Below, in pieces: positions 40,163 to 52,995 of a stretch of 64,000 nt of DNA (position 1 is its first letter; the number at the start of each line of letters is the position of its first letter). The notes beneath the pieces were generated by a model. It ran no database searches. It had not been told where the DNA came from and saw only the letters and a list, made by a program, of their open reading frames with translations. Location of the stretch: NCBI GenBank assembly GCA_951406725.2, contig OX597831.1, forward strand, positions 21,266,001-21,330,000. Reading direction: 5' to 3'. Both the position numbers and the translations under genes were made by a program. The stretch comes from Octopus vulgaris. Its lineage: Eukaryota.

Positions 40163-40607
40163 CACACCTGTGAGCGTAACACTGAATCTACATGTAAAGT
40201 AGAATTAAGAGCTCAGCAACGTTTCCCCTCAGGTTCGTGAGTGCGAAAATTGATAGATTATCAGGACTCCTAATGAGCATAAAGAGAGACAGGGAATTAC
40301 ATTTCATACTTAGATGTGGTATAACCTACCTAAAACCACATCTAATAAAATGGAAGGATGTGTATGACTGTTTGGTTCGAAAATCTTAAATGTAACTGTA
40401 GCATGTGTGTGTACGCGTACGCGCGCGAGTGTCCGTGCGTGCGTGTGTATGTGCGGGTGTATGTATGTATTTATTTTGTTCTTTTTTTTATTTCGTATGC
40501 AAGACTCTTCATCGGAATTCGTGTGTCGAAAGAGTGCGTGCTTTTATATTTGGTATAATGAACCTCCCGAGATACAAAGACCTATATATATACACACACA
40601 CACATAT

Positions 40608-40739
<132 letters not shown>

Positions 40740-40839
40740 GGGAGGATCTGAGAGAGAGTATGTGTGTGTGAGATAGAGTGAGAGCATTATATAATTCGAA
40801 GGGATTATACAATGTATAAAACGCAATCTATATATATAG

Positions 40840-40925
<86 letters not shown>

Positions 40926-41057
40926 TGTATATATTGCACATGTATGGAAATGTTTACATCATATGTAGCTACAGAACATAACTGTTACGTATACATACAT
41001 ACACACGCACCCATAGATATGTATGTCCACGTGCCCATATATAAGTGTATGTGCTTG

Positions 41058-41132
<75 letters not shown>

Positions 41133-41395
41133 CATATATATATATGTATAAATATATGGGTGTATCTGTGTCTAGTGCATATGTGATATGTGTGATTACT
41201 TACATATAGATAAGTTCAAAACTAGACTTTCGTGTATGTGAGATAATTTGCGTATGTACGACATAGTATAACATAAAGATACACACAATTGCATGACAGA
41301 AAACACGTATTTAAATAATCAATGTAATTGCATATTCAATCAACCGCAGTCAATCAGACACACATGCATTTCTATTCATTTGTATGTGTGTATCA

Positions 41396-41435
<40 letters not shown>

Positions 41436-41497
41436 TTATCTATCTTTTACGCTCTCTCTCTCACACAAACATACACCTTCTCTCCCTCTCTATGTAT

Positions 41498-41557
<60 letters not shown>

Positions 41558-41959
41558 GTATAATCAGAAGCACACACGTCACTCACGAGCTGTATGTATA
41601 TATAGGTATGTGCACTTGTGTAATAGTTCCTGTATATATGTACGCGTAGAAACCATGCTGATATATACAAATAATTGCAATTATATTTAATAGATTCAAT
41701 ATTTGATCCATTAACATATAGTAACGAGACACGAGGCAAATTTTATGAATTTTGTTATTTCTATCTTAGTGTTAAATATATTGATCTTCACAAAATTCTT
41801 TGATCATGTTGGAGATTTCGATATCTTCCAATTTTGTTACTTATTTAAAAGCAGTTGAATCGTAACGTTTGAATTTTATTAAATTTGTATTAAAGATTTC
41901 GATAAAAGATTCAGCTACTTTCCGTAGTTAAGTCTTTTTGAAGCGTAACATTTGAACTG

Positions 41960-42020
<61 letters not shown>

Positions 42021-42068
42021 TATATTTATATATACATGCATACATACATACATACATACATACATACA

Positions 42069-42104
<36 letters not shown>

Positions 42105-42244
42105 TTTATATGTATATACGACTGTCTTTCATTTTCCGGATACCAAATCTATTCATAATGCTTCGGTCGGCTCAGGTGGTTGGGAAGCAATCTTCTTACC
42201 ACACAACCGCCTTCTGCTTAATTTATATAGTAAAAAGATGATAT

Positions 42245-42925
42245 TCAGAGCTTCTCAGTATGGGAAACAATTAGTAGCGCTCAAATGCTTCGAACCTAGA
42301 CTGCGATGCCTTTGCGAGGAAGCAAGGTGAGCAGATATGAAGGCAATTGTGGGCGAATGGTTCAGACGTTTCCAGGATGGCCGAAAAAATGTCGATATTG
42401 ACGAACGTTCTGGGAGACCCGTGACTAGCAAAACTAAGAAAAATATCGCAGATGTGTTTGCAGTTTTGAAAGGAAATCGTCGAATCACCAATGGCGAGTT
42501 ATCACTGAACGTGCAGAGTAGTTACAGTTCCGTTCAGTACATTATCGATTTGGGCATGAGACGCGTATCTGCGAAGTTTGTCCGAAAACTGTTTTCAGGT
42601 GACCAAAAAGGCACTCGGGTTTCACTTGTACAAAATCTCCTCGATTGTGTTGAAGACGATCAAAACTTCTTAAAAACTTTACATAGGCAAAATCTGATGC
42701 CGATTCTCTGCTCAACTTTCAGTCATGGTCAATGCTACGATCACACGTTACACATCTTCTTTCCAGGCACTGTTGTAAATAGAGGACGTGAGCTAGAATG
42801 TTAAAATATAGTGCACATGCAAAGCAGACTGACTCCAAGGTCGATCTATACCAATCGGCTTCACTTTGCCTGCTTTAGCTTCGTTACTATGGAAACAGTC
42901 CGGATACTTATTGATCAGACCACTT
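42245..42925 (+). mobile_element. Mariner transposon relic (transposase N-terminal HTH region, DDD domain deleted)
   Basis: ORF 42337..42804: EWFRRFQDGRKNVDIDERSGRP...NRRIT...DLGMRRVSAKFVRKL (compare WVPRxL). A TIR-like AGTCCGGATACTTATTGATCAGACCAC follows near 42897-42923. Confidence 0.85.
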
Positions 42926-43002
42926 ATATTTAATTTCTGGCTGTTTATATTTTTAAATTGATAATTGTCATGTTTACCATTTAGAGTACATATGTACATA
43001 TG

Positions 43003-43089
<87 letters not shown>

Positions 43090-43189
43090 CTATGTTAGTG
43101 TATATATACTATTTAAAAGCAGTTAGATTCGGTCCCATGCAACTTAAATTTTCGTAGGCTCTCTCTTTCTCTCTCTCTCTATATATATA

Positions 43190-43373
43190 TAAGACATTGC
43201 TTAAATTTTGAAAATAGGGATACTGCGTTCAATAGGCATAGCAATAATAAAAACAGTAATAATAATGATATTTAGGAGGTGAAAGAGATGGACAGGAGGA
43301 AAAAAAAAAACGAAGTTGAAGATGATGACAATGACGATAACAATAAGAATGACTTCCACCACCATCGCTACCA
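43190..43373 (+). repeat. Copy 1 of a ~185-bp dispersed direct duplication
   Basis: Near identical to 49023-49209. Confidence 0.9.
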
Positions 43374-43423
43374 TATATATGCGTGTTTGTGCGTGTGTCT
43401 GTGTGTGTATGTATGTATGTATG

Positions 43424-43454
<31 letters not shown>

Positions 43455-43649
43455 CTTACACACACACATACACGCACACGTTTATACAGACACATATACA
43501 TATGTATGCCATGTTGTTTACTGTTTAAAATATTTTATATAACACATGGCAATCCTAAAAAAATTATCACTTCTGTAATATGTTCATATACAGTATTTCT
43601 TTTTAACACTTGTATTTCGCCTCCATTTGTTCTTTCTGTCATGTATCTC

Positions 43650-43755
43650 TTCTTCTTCTTCTTCTTCTTCTTCTTCTTCTTCTTCTTCTTCTTCTTCTTC
43701 TTCTTCTTCTTCTTCTTCTTCTTCTTCTTCTTCTTCTTCTTCTTCTTCTTCTTCT

Positions 43756-43833
<78 letters not shown>

Positions 43834-43835
43834 TT
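43650..43835. repeat. (TTC)n + (ATT)n microsatellite
   Basis: Directly visible. Confidence 0.95.
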
Positions 43836-43844
43836 ATTCTTCAG

Positions 43845-44971
43845 TAGTTTTATTTTTATAGCGTGCTTTCACTTCACTACCGAGCGCAGCTCTGTGTGCC
43901 TTGGGTATGTGCTGTGATTTGTTGTGATGCTCTGATGGTTATTGTATGGAAAGTGTTCTGCGTAGGATGTGTGCAGTGCCTAGTAGTGCAATTTTCTGTA
44001 TGTTATATGTGTTTGTAAGTCCTGGTGTTTTTGTTATGTATTTGTCTGAATATTTTTTTATCATGCCTAATGCACCTACTATGATAGGAATTGTTTCTGT
44101 TTTCAGGTTCCACATTCTAGTTATTTCTATTTCCAGGTCTTTGTATTTTGAGAGTTTCTCCATTTCTTTTAGAGACACGTTGTCATCTGCCGGTATTGAT
44201 ACATCAATTAGAAAGCATTTTTTTCTTCATGATCTCTGACAACTATATCTGGTCTGTTGGCCTTAATTTCTCTATCTGTGTGTATCGGCATATCCCAGAG
44301 TATGGTTGCTTTCTCGTTTTCTGTAACCTTTTCTGGTGTGTGCCTATACCATCTTTTTTCTGTTGTTATTCCGTAATGTTGGCATAGCTTCCAATGTATG
44401 TAGGTTCCAACTCTGTCATGTCTGTGAATATATTCCTTCTTAGCCAGGACTGGGCAGCTAGAGATAATATGATTTATTGTTTCTTGTCCATCTCCACATA
44501 TTCTGCAGTTACTTGTAATATTTCTTTTCATTACATGTTTTTGGTAATTTCTGGTGGGGAGGCTTTGATCTTGTGCTGCAATTAAAAATCCTTCTGTCTC
44601 TGCTTTGAGTCCTGAGCTTCTTGACCATTGTTGGGATTTTTCTTTGTCTATTTCTTTCGCATTTAGTTTAGTGCAGTATTTGCCATGAAGGGGCTTTTCT
44701 TGCCATCGTTTTATCATGGTTCGTTGCTGTTTTATTTTTAGTTTGGATATCATTTGTTTTATACCTTTTGTTGTTTCTTCTTCTTCTTCTTCTTCTTCTT
44801 CTTCTTCTTCTTCTTCTTCTTCTTCTTCTTCTTCTTCTTCTTCTTCTTCTTCTTCTTCTTCTTCATATTTGTTTGGTGGTATGATTTCTTGTTTGCATTT
44901 GTCAGCTTCCTTAAATACTGAGAACAGTTTTTTGTTTTGCTCGTGTTTTGCCGCTATTTGTATCAGTTTTC
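43845..44971 (-). mobile_element. R4/Dong-clade LINE, 5'-truncated, with intact 3' end
   Basis: ORFs 44208..44753 and 43939..44178 (frameshifted): CRICGDGQETINHIISSC zinc knuckle, RHD, NRPDIV and KEMEKLSKYKDL restriction-like endonuclease. (TAA)n on both sides. Confidence 0.95.
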
Positions 44972-44972
44972 C

Positions 44973-45028
<56 letters not shown>

Positions 45029-45062
45029 GTTGTTGTTGTTGTTGTTGCTGTTGTTGTTATTA

Positions 45063-45120
<58 letters not shown>

Positions 45121-45136
45121 CATTGTCAGTCAGTGG

Positions 45137-45205
45137 TCTTATTTTTATCACGTGCTTTCATTGCACTACCGAGCACAGTTCTGTGTGCCTTGGGTATGTG
45201 GATTT
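45137..45205 (-). mobile_element. R4/Dong 3' UTR stub
   Basis: Homologous to about 43850-43912 and adjacent to (TAA)n. Confidence 0.75.
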
Positions 45206-45509
45206 TCTTGTCATACCGTGAAGTCTTATGGGGGTAGGTCCTTATTTGAGGAGGGCGATGAACAAAATAGGCGAATGTTTGCACGCGCGAAGTGTGTGGT
45301 CTACTGTGCGCTTTTTGTGTGGTTGAGGTGATTCTCTGTGTGAACATGTACGTTCACATACGTGTAAGTGAATGGACGAGTGCTTGCTTATGTGAGTGCA
45401 TTTCACTATGCGTGTGCGCTCCTGTATGTCCGTGTAGTGTGGCGGGGATTTTGAATACGTGTCTGTGTGTCTGTCAGAGTGTGTTCGTTCACGTATGCAT
45501 CTATGCTGT

Positions 45510-45780
45510 GGCACGGCCCTGAACGGGTTTAGTCGAACGAATCGAACCCAATATCTACTTTCTGAAACCTGGTACTTATTGTATCGGTGTCCTTTCCCGA
45601 ACCGCTAAGTTACGATGTCTTAAACAAATCAACACTGCTTATCGAGGAGTGATGGGAACAAACACACATAAATATATACATTCAAATACGGTGGAAATCT
45701 TTTAGTTTCCATCAATCAAGCCCACTCAGAGGACTTTGGCCGGAACTCGGGACCATGTGGCTGGGGAGCAGCAAATTTCT
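45510..45780 (-). mobile_element. Family A SINE, diverged
   Basis: Reverse homology to 1472-1882. Confidence 0.65.
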
Positions 45781-45784
45781 ACGC

Positions 45785-45819
<35 letters not shown>

Positions 45820-45877
45820 GTTGTGCTTGGGTGTATACGTGTGTGGTGTTTGTATGTGCGTGTATTTGTGTGCATGC

Positions 45878-45908
<31 letters not shown>

Positions 45909-46028
45909 TATAAATTAGAGATAAAAACACTATTATGCAACATAAACCAATACATAGATAACAAATAAAATATATTTTTATAAAACATAATTTATAACTA
46001 GATCTCAAAAAGTATAAAAATGAATGAT

Positions 46029-46104
<76 letters not shown>

Positions 46105-47249
46105 TTTACCTGATTACTATTATTGTCTTGTGTAATGATACTCCGCAACCCTGACTTTTTATTTTTCGTTATAAATTTTCTGTTATTTGGTTTCCTTTCG
46201 AGCTGTTTTGAGAAATGCAGTCCTAGTTATCAAGAAAATAACCACGGCTTCAGCGTCGTCAGACTAAATTTAGTGGCTTCAAAGAGGATGACAGGTTTAT
46301 TAGAAAAAGCAACAGAATCTTTTTCCCCAATCACCCAATCATATTTTGCCTTATTATATATATAGAATGGGGTCACATAGGCTAATATGGCTCCTGGCTT
46401 TTCTCCACCATCCCCATATCCTATACCATTTAACAAGTGAAACAGAGAAGACACTCCTGAAATTCCTTTGATCACATGACTACTTATTTCAACTTCTCTT
46501 AGAGTAAATAGCAAAACCAACTTCCAAGAATTGCTGGAAAGAAATATAATCCACCACAGATGAATCAGATTCGATATGATCCGAACTGAGTAAAATCCGA
46601 TAATCATGATTTGCGTGTCAGCGTAGGAAATAATCCGTCGGTAAGAAGAAGACGAGATTTTACGATATTAAGTTATTAGACTTATGCAGTGAGTAAGAAA
46701 TAAGGAGGATGTGTGATGCTTTGTGCAGTAGTCCTTTCACGTTGGAGAAAGAGAGAATTTTATTTTGAAGTGAAACAAAACATGTTTTGTTTGATATCAC
46801 AATGCAGAAAGATAAACATTATTAAAGGGGAAGCGGAGTGTAATTTTAAGTGAGAAGACAGGAGCAAGGAAATATGTGAGACGTATGTGAAAGGCAATAC
46901 CAGGAAATGTTTGTGATTGGGTGTGTAGTTTTGTGTTTGTGTGTGTATGAATTTTATAGATCTTGTTGTTTTGTGTGCCCTGTTCTTTGTGTGTGCCTTG
47001 GCTGGTGACTATTTGTGTGAGATCTTAAGGGTATGAACATATGTGAACTTATGCGTTTCAAGAGAGAAGCAAGTTGTCTTTTGAAGCATTTTATACGTAT
47101 GCAGTGGTATGACAGAATGTTTGTTGCTATTCGCATTGTAGACGTACACGGTGGAAATATGGCCGACATTAATGCCAGAGGCAGGCAAATACAGAGAAAT
47201 GGGCTAAGGTGAACTCAAATGACTAGCCACCGCCACCCTGGTTTTGTGT

Positions 47250-48180
47250 AACTGGTTGATTTTAGGATGTTCTGTAAGTCAATGTCCTCTTTTCCGAGCA
47301 GCCCCGCAAATGTACGGATGGTTTCATAGTCACTATTTTATATAATAGACAGTACTCCCAGTGTTTCAGCGAACCGGTAAGAATCGTAAAAAGGAGTTCT
47401 TAGTTTCACTTCGGTATTAGAATTAAATATGCGGAAAAAGTGTAGCCCCGAGGATGCGGTAGCTAAATGATTCTTAGCTAAGTTTGTTGAGATGAAAAGA
47501 ACAGCTGACCAACAAGTTGTGTCGATTATAGATATGCCTTAGTCAGAAAACTTTCTTTATGAAGTGGTGGGCAGGATCGAGATTAGATTCAAGGAGACGG
47601 AAGAACTATAGGATGGTACACTACAGAGGTAACGCGAGGGAATTGTAGGTAAGGATAAAGCGAAAGCATTTCATTTCATTGTAGGAAGCAACACGATGGC
47701 AGACACGTCACCGATATTGCGTGTGCTGAAGCAAGGATCATCTACAGTTCGGAATATCTATTTTGTGTGAAATAACAGACCATTAACTGAAGCTGTCTCT
47801 CAAAATCGGTGTTGTGACTGCAAATCGGAGGGATTTGGGAGCAGAGGATAACAGAAGTAGTGTGAAGGGACTGTGATACGGGGAAGTCGAGAAGATAGTG
47901 GTAGTCATTGGGTACAAATAAAATGTGCATATAGAGAAATTGGAGTTGATAATATCAACAGCTAGTTGTCAAGAAAGTCGACAGGGGTGATAGTGGTGGT
48001 GGCTGTAAATTGTAGGGCATTCTGGAAGGGGTTGACCTTGCCAGGGGCGAGGGAAGTGGTGTTCGTACTGTCAACAGTATAAACGTGAATAATCTGAGGA
48101 TGGTGCCTGTGGATTAGGTGGGTGAGGTTCTGGGCTTCAACGTAAACAACGAGTACATTAATGTACAAGTGTACCCTATC
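47250..48180 (-). mobile_element. Possible degraded LINE apurinic-like endonuclease region
   Basis: Minus-strand INVxxxxxxAQNLTHLIHRHHPQII resembles an APE N-terminus; heavily frameshifted. Confidence 0.35.
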
Positions 48181-49022
48181 GATGACAGTGATCTGTTACA
48201 AAAAATCGTTAAGAAAAGAGGAACAATTAAACGTTGCTATGAGTTTGGCAGTAGAGGATATTATCCGGGCTGGTTGCCAGATTGAGCGTTGTGCGAGACA
48301 GCTACGCAGCGATGCGCGTAGCAGAAATTGTTCTATGCAGTCGCGTTACGGATAAATTTTTTTGGCTTCGTACACCATCATTTAATCAATCGTTTTCTTT
48401 CCTTTTGCAACGTACGTCTAAACTCACATTAACACCCACATATACTCACAGAAATCTCAGTAGTATAACACGCGCCAACAGATTCCGCAGAAAATATTAC
48501 GAAACCACACAGCATATAAACACACACAACCTCCTTCTTCGCAGTCTCACTCACTAAATTTCCTAGACATATACACAGAGAAACGTACCACACAAGCAGC
48601 TATGTACTTTTACCTGCATTTCACGCACACCCTTTGCATGACATTCCTATTTTCTACAATCACTTATACCTCTTGAAAAACGTGACATACAACTCATTTT
48701 ATGTACTTTACAATTTATCTTCAAAAACATTTTCTCCGCTAATGACGAAGGACTATTCACCGAAAAGTTGAACACATATTGAGTTCATCCTTACAGCGTA
48801 TAGATATAACGTATTGCTTCATATACTTGTTCACTGAGTCTATTTATTATCTTTGGTTCCTGCTAAAACAAAACAAGTGAAGGATGTTTAAAGCCTGTGC
48901 TCTATAGCTTTGTTATTGGAGAACTAAATTCATTTGAAAGAAAATAAAATTATATTTGAATGTATTGGGGAAAAAAATATTACGAGGTTTTCTTGTTTGT
49001 CTTTTTATATTTCTTTCCTTCT

Positions 49023-49209
49023 TTAAGACATTGCTTAAATTTTGAAAATAGGGATACTGCGTTCAATAGGCATAGCAATAATAAAAACAGTAAATAATAA
49101 TAATGATATTTAGGAGGGGAAAGAGATGGACAGGAGGAGAAAAAAAACGAAGTTGAAGATGATGACAATCACGATAACAATAAGAATGACTACCACCACC
49201 ATCACTACC
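49023..49209 (+). repeat. Copy 2 of the ~185-bp dispersed direct duplication
   Basis: Near identical to 43190-43373. Confidence 0.9.
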
Positions 49210-49288
49210 ACTACAAATGAATTAAGTAGTACATGAGAAAATCGAAAAAACAATCGAGCGGAGAATTATAGGAATAATAATGATGGTG

Positions 49289-49319
<31 letters not shown>

Positions 49320-49381
49320 TGATGATAATAATAATTATAGTAATAATATTAATAATAATAAATCATAATAATATTAAATAA

Positions 49382-49440
<59 letters not shown>

Positions 49441-49443
<3 letters not shown>

Positions 49444-50235
49444 TGCGCCAAAGTAACCATGAAAAGAGGAAAACTAGTTAAGAGTAACAACATCACACTA
49501 GATAAAACCAATGAAATAAAAGAATTAGACCAAAGCCAAACTTACTAATACTTAGGAATCCATGAACTAGATAAGACACAACACACACAAATGAAAGACA
49601 AAATAAAAAAAGAATATTGTAGACGAGTTAGATCAATACTAAAAACAGAGCTCAATGCTAAAAACAAGATAATAGGTATCAACACTTTAGCTGTCCCAGT
49701 TATAAGTTACAGCTACAATATCCTTAACTGGACACGAAATGAACTGTCCAAAATAGATAGGAAAACAAGAAAAATACTGACAGGATCTAGGATGCATCAC
49801 CCAAAATCTGACATAGAAAGACTATATATACAACGTATAGAATGTGGTAGAGGCCTTATACAGCTGGAAAACTACTATAAAATAACCACCATAGGACTGC
49901 AAAAATACCTACTTCAGAAGGAAGGAAAACTGATCCAGATAGCAGCAAAACACGAGCAAAACAAAAAACTGTTCTCAGTATTTAAGGAAGCTGACAAATA
50001 CAAACAAGAAATCATACCACCTAATAAACACAAAGAAGAAGAAGAAGATGATGAAGAAACAACAAAAGCTATAAAACAAATGAAATCCAAACTAAAAATA
50101 GAACAGCAACGAGCCATGATAAAACGATGGCAAGAAAAGCCCCTTCATGGTAAATACTGCACTAAACTAAACGCAAAAGAAATAGACAAAGAAAAATCCC
50201 AGCAATGGTTGAGAAGCTCAGGACTCAAAGCAGAA
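49441..50235 (+). mobile_element. R4/Dong-clade LINE internal fragment (RT C-terminal region)
   Basis: Starts right after (TAA)n: KCAKVTMKRGKL...Y*YLGI, then ORF 49591..50262 with IDRKTRKIL and HHPKSDIERLY...GRGL. Broken by a family B SINE at about 50236. Confidence 0.95.
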
Positions 50236-50427
50236 GGTTGGAAGTTTTGGGAAGGAGAGTAGTCGATTACATTGACCCCAGAATTTCACTGGTACTTAAT
50301 TTATCGACTCCGAAAGGATGAAAGGCAAAGTCGACCTCGGCAGAATGTGAACTCGGAACGTAGCGACGGACGAAATAACACTAAAAATTTTGTCCAGCGT
50401 GCTTAACGTCTGTGCTAACTTGCCGCC
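50236..50427 (-). mobile_element. Family B SINE
   Basis: Reverse homology to 57748-57980. Confidence 0.85.
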
Positions 50428-50527
50428 TTATAATAATAAAAACAACAAAACAGCAGCAGCAACAACAACAACAGCAACAACAAAAACAACAACAACAACA
50501 ACCAATAATAATAATAATAATAATAAT

Positions 50528-50930
50528 AAATTGACAAGCTCAGAAAATATAAAGACTTGCTCATTGAAATTGAGAAAATGTGGCATCTTTAAGGTGGTTA
50601 CAATACCAGTGGTCGTTGGAGCACTAGGAATGATCAAGAAGGGAACAGAAAATTATATGAGAATGATCCCTGGCTTACCATCTCTGCAAGAAGTGCAAAA
50701 GATTGTCTTAATTGGTACATCACACGTATTGAGAAGAGCATTGTCGATGTGAGAACTATTACTACCAATGTATTTTAATTTAACTTTATTCCTATAAAAA
50801 AAAAAATGAACGAACAAGTGAGTTTAGTTTAATGGCCTACCAAAGTATACTATGAGTTTCTTTGCCCTAGGAGTCGGGAAGACACTCGGCAAGAAATGGA
50901 AGCAAATTTGAAAGAAGAAGAAAAACCCAA
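50528..50930 (+). mobile_element. R4/Dong-clade LINE 3' end, second subfamily
   Basis: KVVTIPVVVGALGMIKKG...VQKIVLIGTSHVLRRALSM*, a 3' UTR, and (TAA)n on both sides. Confidence 0.9.
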
Positions 50931-50932
50931 TA

Positions 50933-50995
<63 letters not shown>

Positions 50996-51571
50996 ATTAA
51001 TAAATATAGTACTATTTCTATCAACCGACGAAATGATTAATGTCTGTGTTACCATACTATGAATACTAAGATACGAGAATCCGTACGATGATGATAGTTT
51101 CAACAAATACTGTTTTATTTTTTCCTTTCACGAGGGACACTCACCTGGTTGATTTTCTTGCCAATATCGAAATTGTATTTATAAGGAAATCTGTCTACGT
51201 GTGAGATGTGTTGGTTGTGGTCTATATCTTTACTATGTGGGTCTCTATGTATTTGTTCGTGTGTGTTGCTGTGGGGGTGTGTCGGTGGCGGCGGAAATTG
51301 TGATATTGGTTATCTATAAAAATGAAAATAACGAGCTGTAAGATTAAAATGTGCTAAAATGAGATAAACTGTAATGTAAATGAGGTTTAAAGTAAGAAAG
51401 ATCTGCTGTGCTGTTAGGATAAACAATTTAATATGTTGAGGTGATTGCGTTAGAGAGTTATTTCGGTTAGATGTTGGAAGGTTAATAGTATATAATATTT
51501 TAGATAATATATCGAAGTACGATATATATATATATATATATGTATAACGTTAAAGTATATATGTATATATA

Positions 51572-51646
<75 letters not shown>

Positions 51647-51818
51647 AATCTATTCACCGATTTATTTACCTGTCTGCTTATGAATCATGTTTGAGCTCTC
51701 ATACATATCAACAATCATGTCACTTTTCTGCCACCATAGAAGTCTTTTACACTGATTCGCAATTCACCTACATCACTTCCGTCTCTCCCCCCTCTCTGTC
51801 ACTGTCTCCATCATTCCA

Positions 51819-51861
<43 letters not shown>

Positions 51862-52160
51862 CAGCTGAATTAATAGATTTTATTCCTTGGATATAGGTGA
51901 ATGTGTGTGCATACACGAAGATGTATGTGTATTTAATCACGCTCACACACAAACGCACACATGTATATACACATTTATTAATCTTTACCATGATTATTAT
52001 TGACAGTGTCTTCAGCAGCTCACTATAAATAAAGTATAGAGAGACAGCGCTGAACATTGATATGTATAACTATGTTACCAGTTCTATTATTTGCTTCTGA
52101 TTAGCGCAAAACAGACGAAATTATCTTAAGTCAGCTCGCAACGTGTGCCTTTCCGTTCTC

Positions 52161-52200
52161 TGCTGCTGAAGAGGGAGATAATGACTCCGAAATGTTGGCA
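52161..52200 (+). ncRNA. Minimal hammerhead motif, slightly degenerate
   Basis: TGCTG-CTGAAGA-G-GGAG ataatga CTCC-GAAA TGT-TGGCA. Confidence 0.5.
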
Positions 52201-52319
52201 TTCACTTGTTTTGTTAGGGAGCGGTGCGAATTAACTTGGTGCATTTACATCTATTTGATAGAGAGAGAAATTTTCTCCATGGCAACATATAGTGAATGAC
52301 TTACCGGTAATGCAAAATA

Positions 52320-52378
<59 letters not shown>

Positions 52379-52500
52379 TTAAATCCTTAAATATATTTAT
52401 ATATACAAATAAAGGGTGAAATATAATTAATTTAATAAAATCAATAGATTTCACCTAGTAGTATTTCGTTATGGAAAAGGACCATATTCGGTAAACATTT

Positions 52501-52661
52501 ATATAATTATAATAATAAGGGTTTTTAGCAACAAGTTGCTTAAACCACATACCGAAAATATTAGAAACAGCAGCCAAAGGAAATAGTAGTACTTTGGTTG
52601 CTATTTCTAATATTTGTGGTACATGGTTTAAGCAACTTGTTGCTAAAAGCCCTTATTATTA

Positions 52662-52670
<9 letters not shown>
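52501..52670. repeat. Inverted repeat with ~79-bp arms
   Basis: ATATAATTATAATAATAAGGG...GCAGCCAAAG pairs with CTTTGGTTGC...CCCTTATTATTATAATTATAT; spacer about 12 bp. Confidence 0.9.
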
Positions 52671-52705
<35 letters not shown>

Positions 52706-52807
52706 GGAGTAAACACATAAATGTGAAACAAGGTGGAAAAAAGAGTACTCAAATACCAGTGGTAGAGTAATATGCTTTATTTAAAGCAGCAGAAAATTCA
52801 ACAAAAT

Positions 52808-52845
52808 CTGTTACTCTGAGTTTCTCGTTGCCGTTCATCAGACAG
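52808..52845 (-). ncRNA. Minimal type I hammerhead motif
   Basis: Minus strand reads CTGT-CTGATGA-aCG gcaa CGa-GAAAC TCAGA GTA-ACAG. Confidence 0.7.
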
Positions 52846-52861
52846 TTTTTGCTAGCAAAAA

Positions 52862-52899
52862 CTGTCTGATGAACGGCAACGAGAAACTCAAAGTAACAT
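52862..52899 (+). ncRNA. Minimal type I hammerhead motif (mirror copy)
   Basis: CTGT-CTGATGA-aCG gcaa CGa-GAAAC TCAAA GTA-ACAT. Confidence 0.65.
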
Positions 52900-52931
52900 A
52901 TTTTGTTGAATTTTCTGCTGCTTTAAATAAA

Positions 52932-52995
<64 letters not shown>

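Larger units (their letters stand above)
52771..52936. repeat. 166-bp spacerless palindrome
   Basis: Centred on TTTTTGCTAGCAAAAA, with about three mismatches between arms. Confidence 0.95.
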
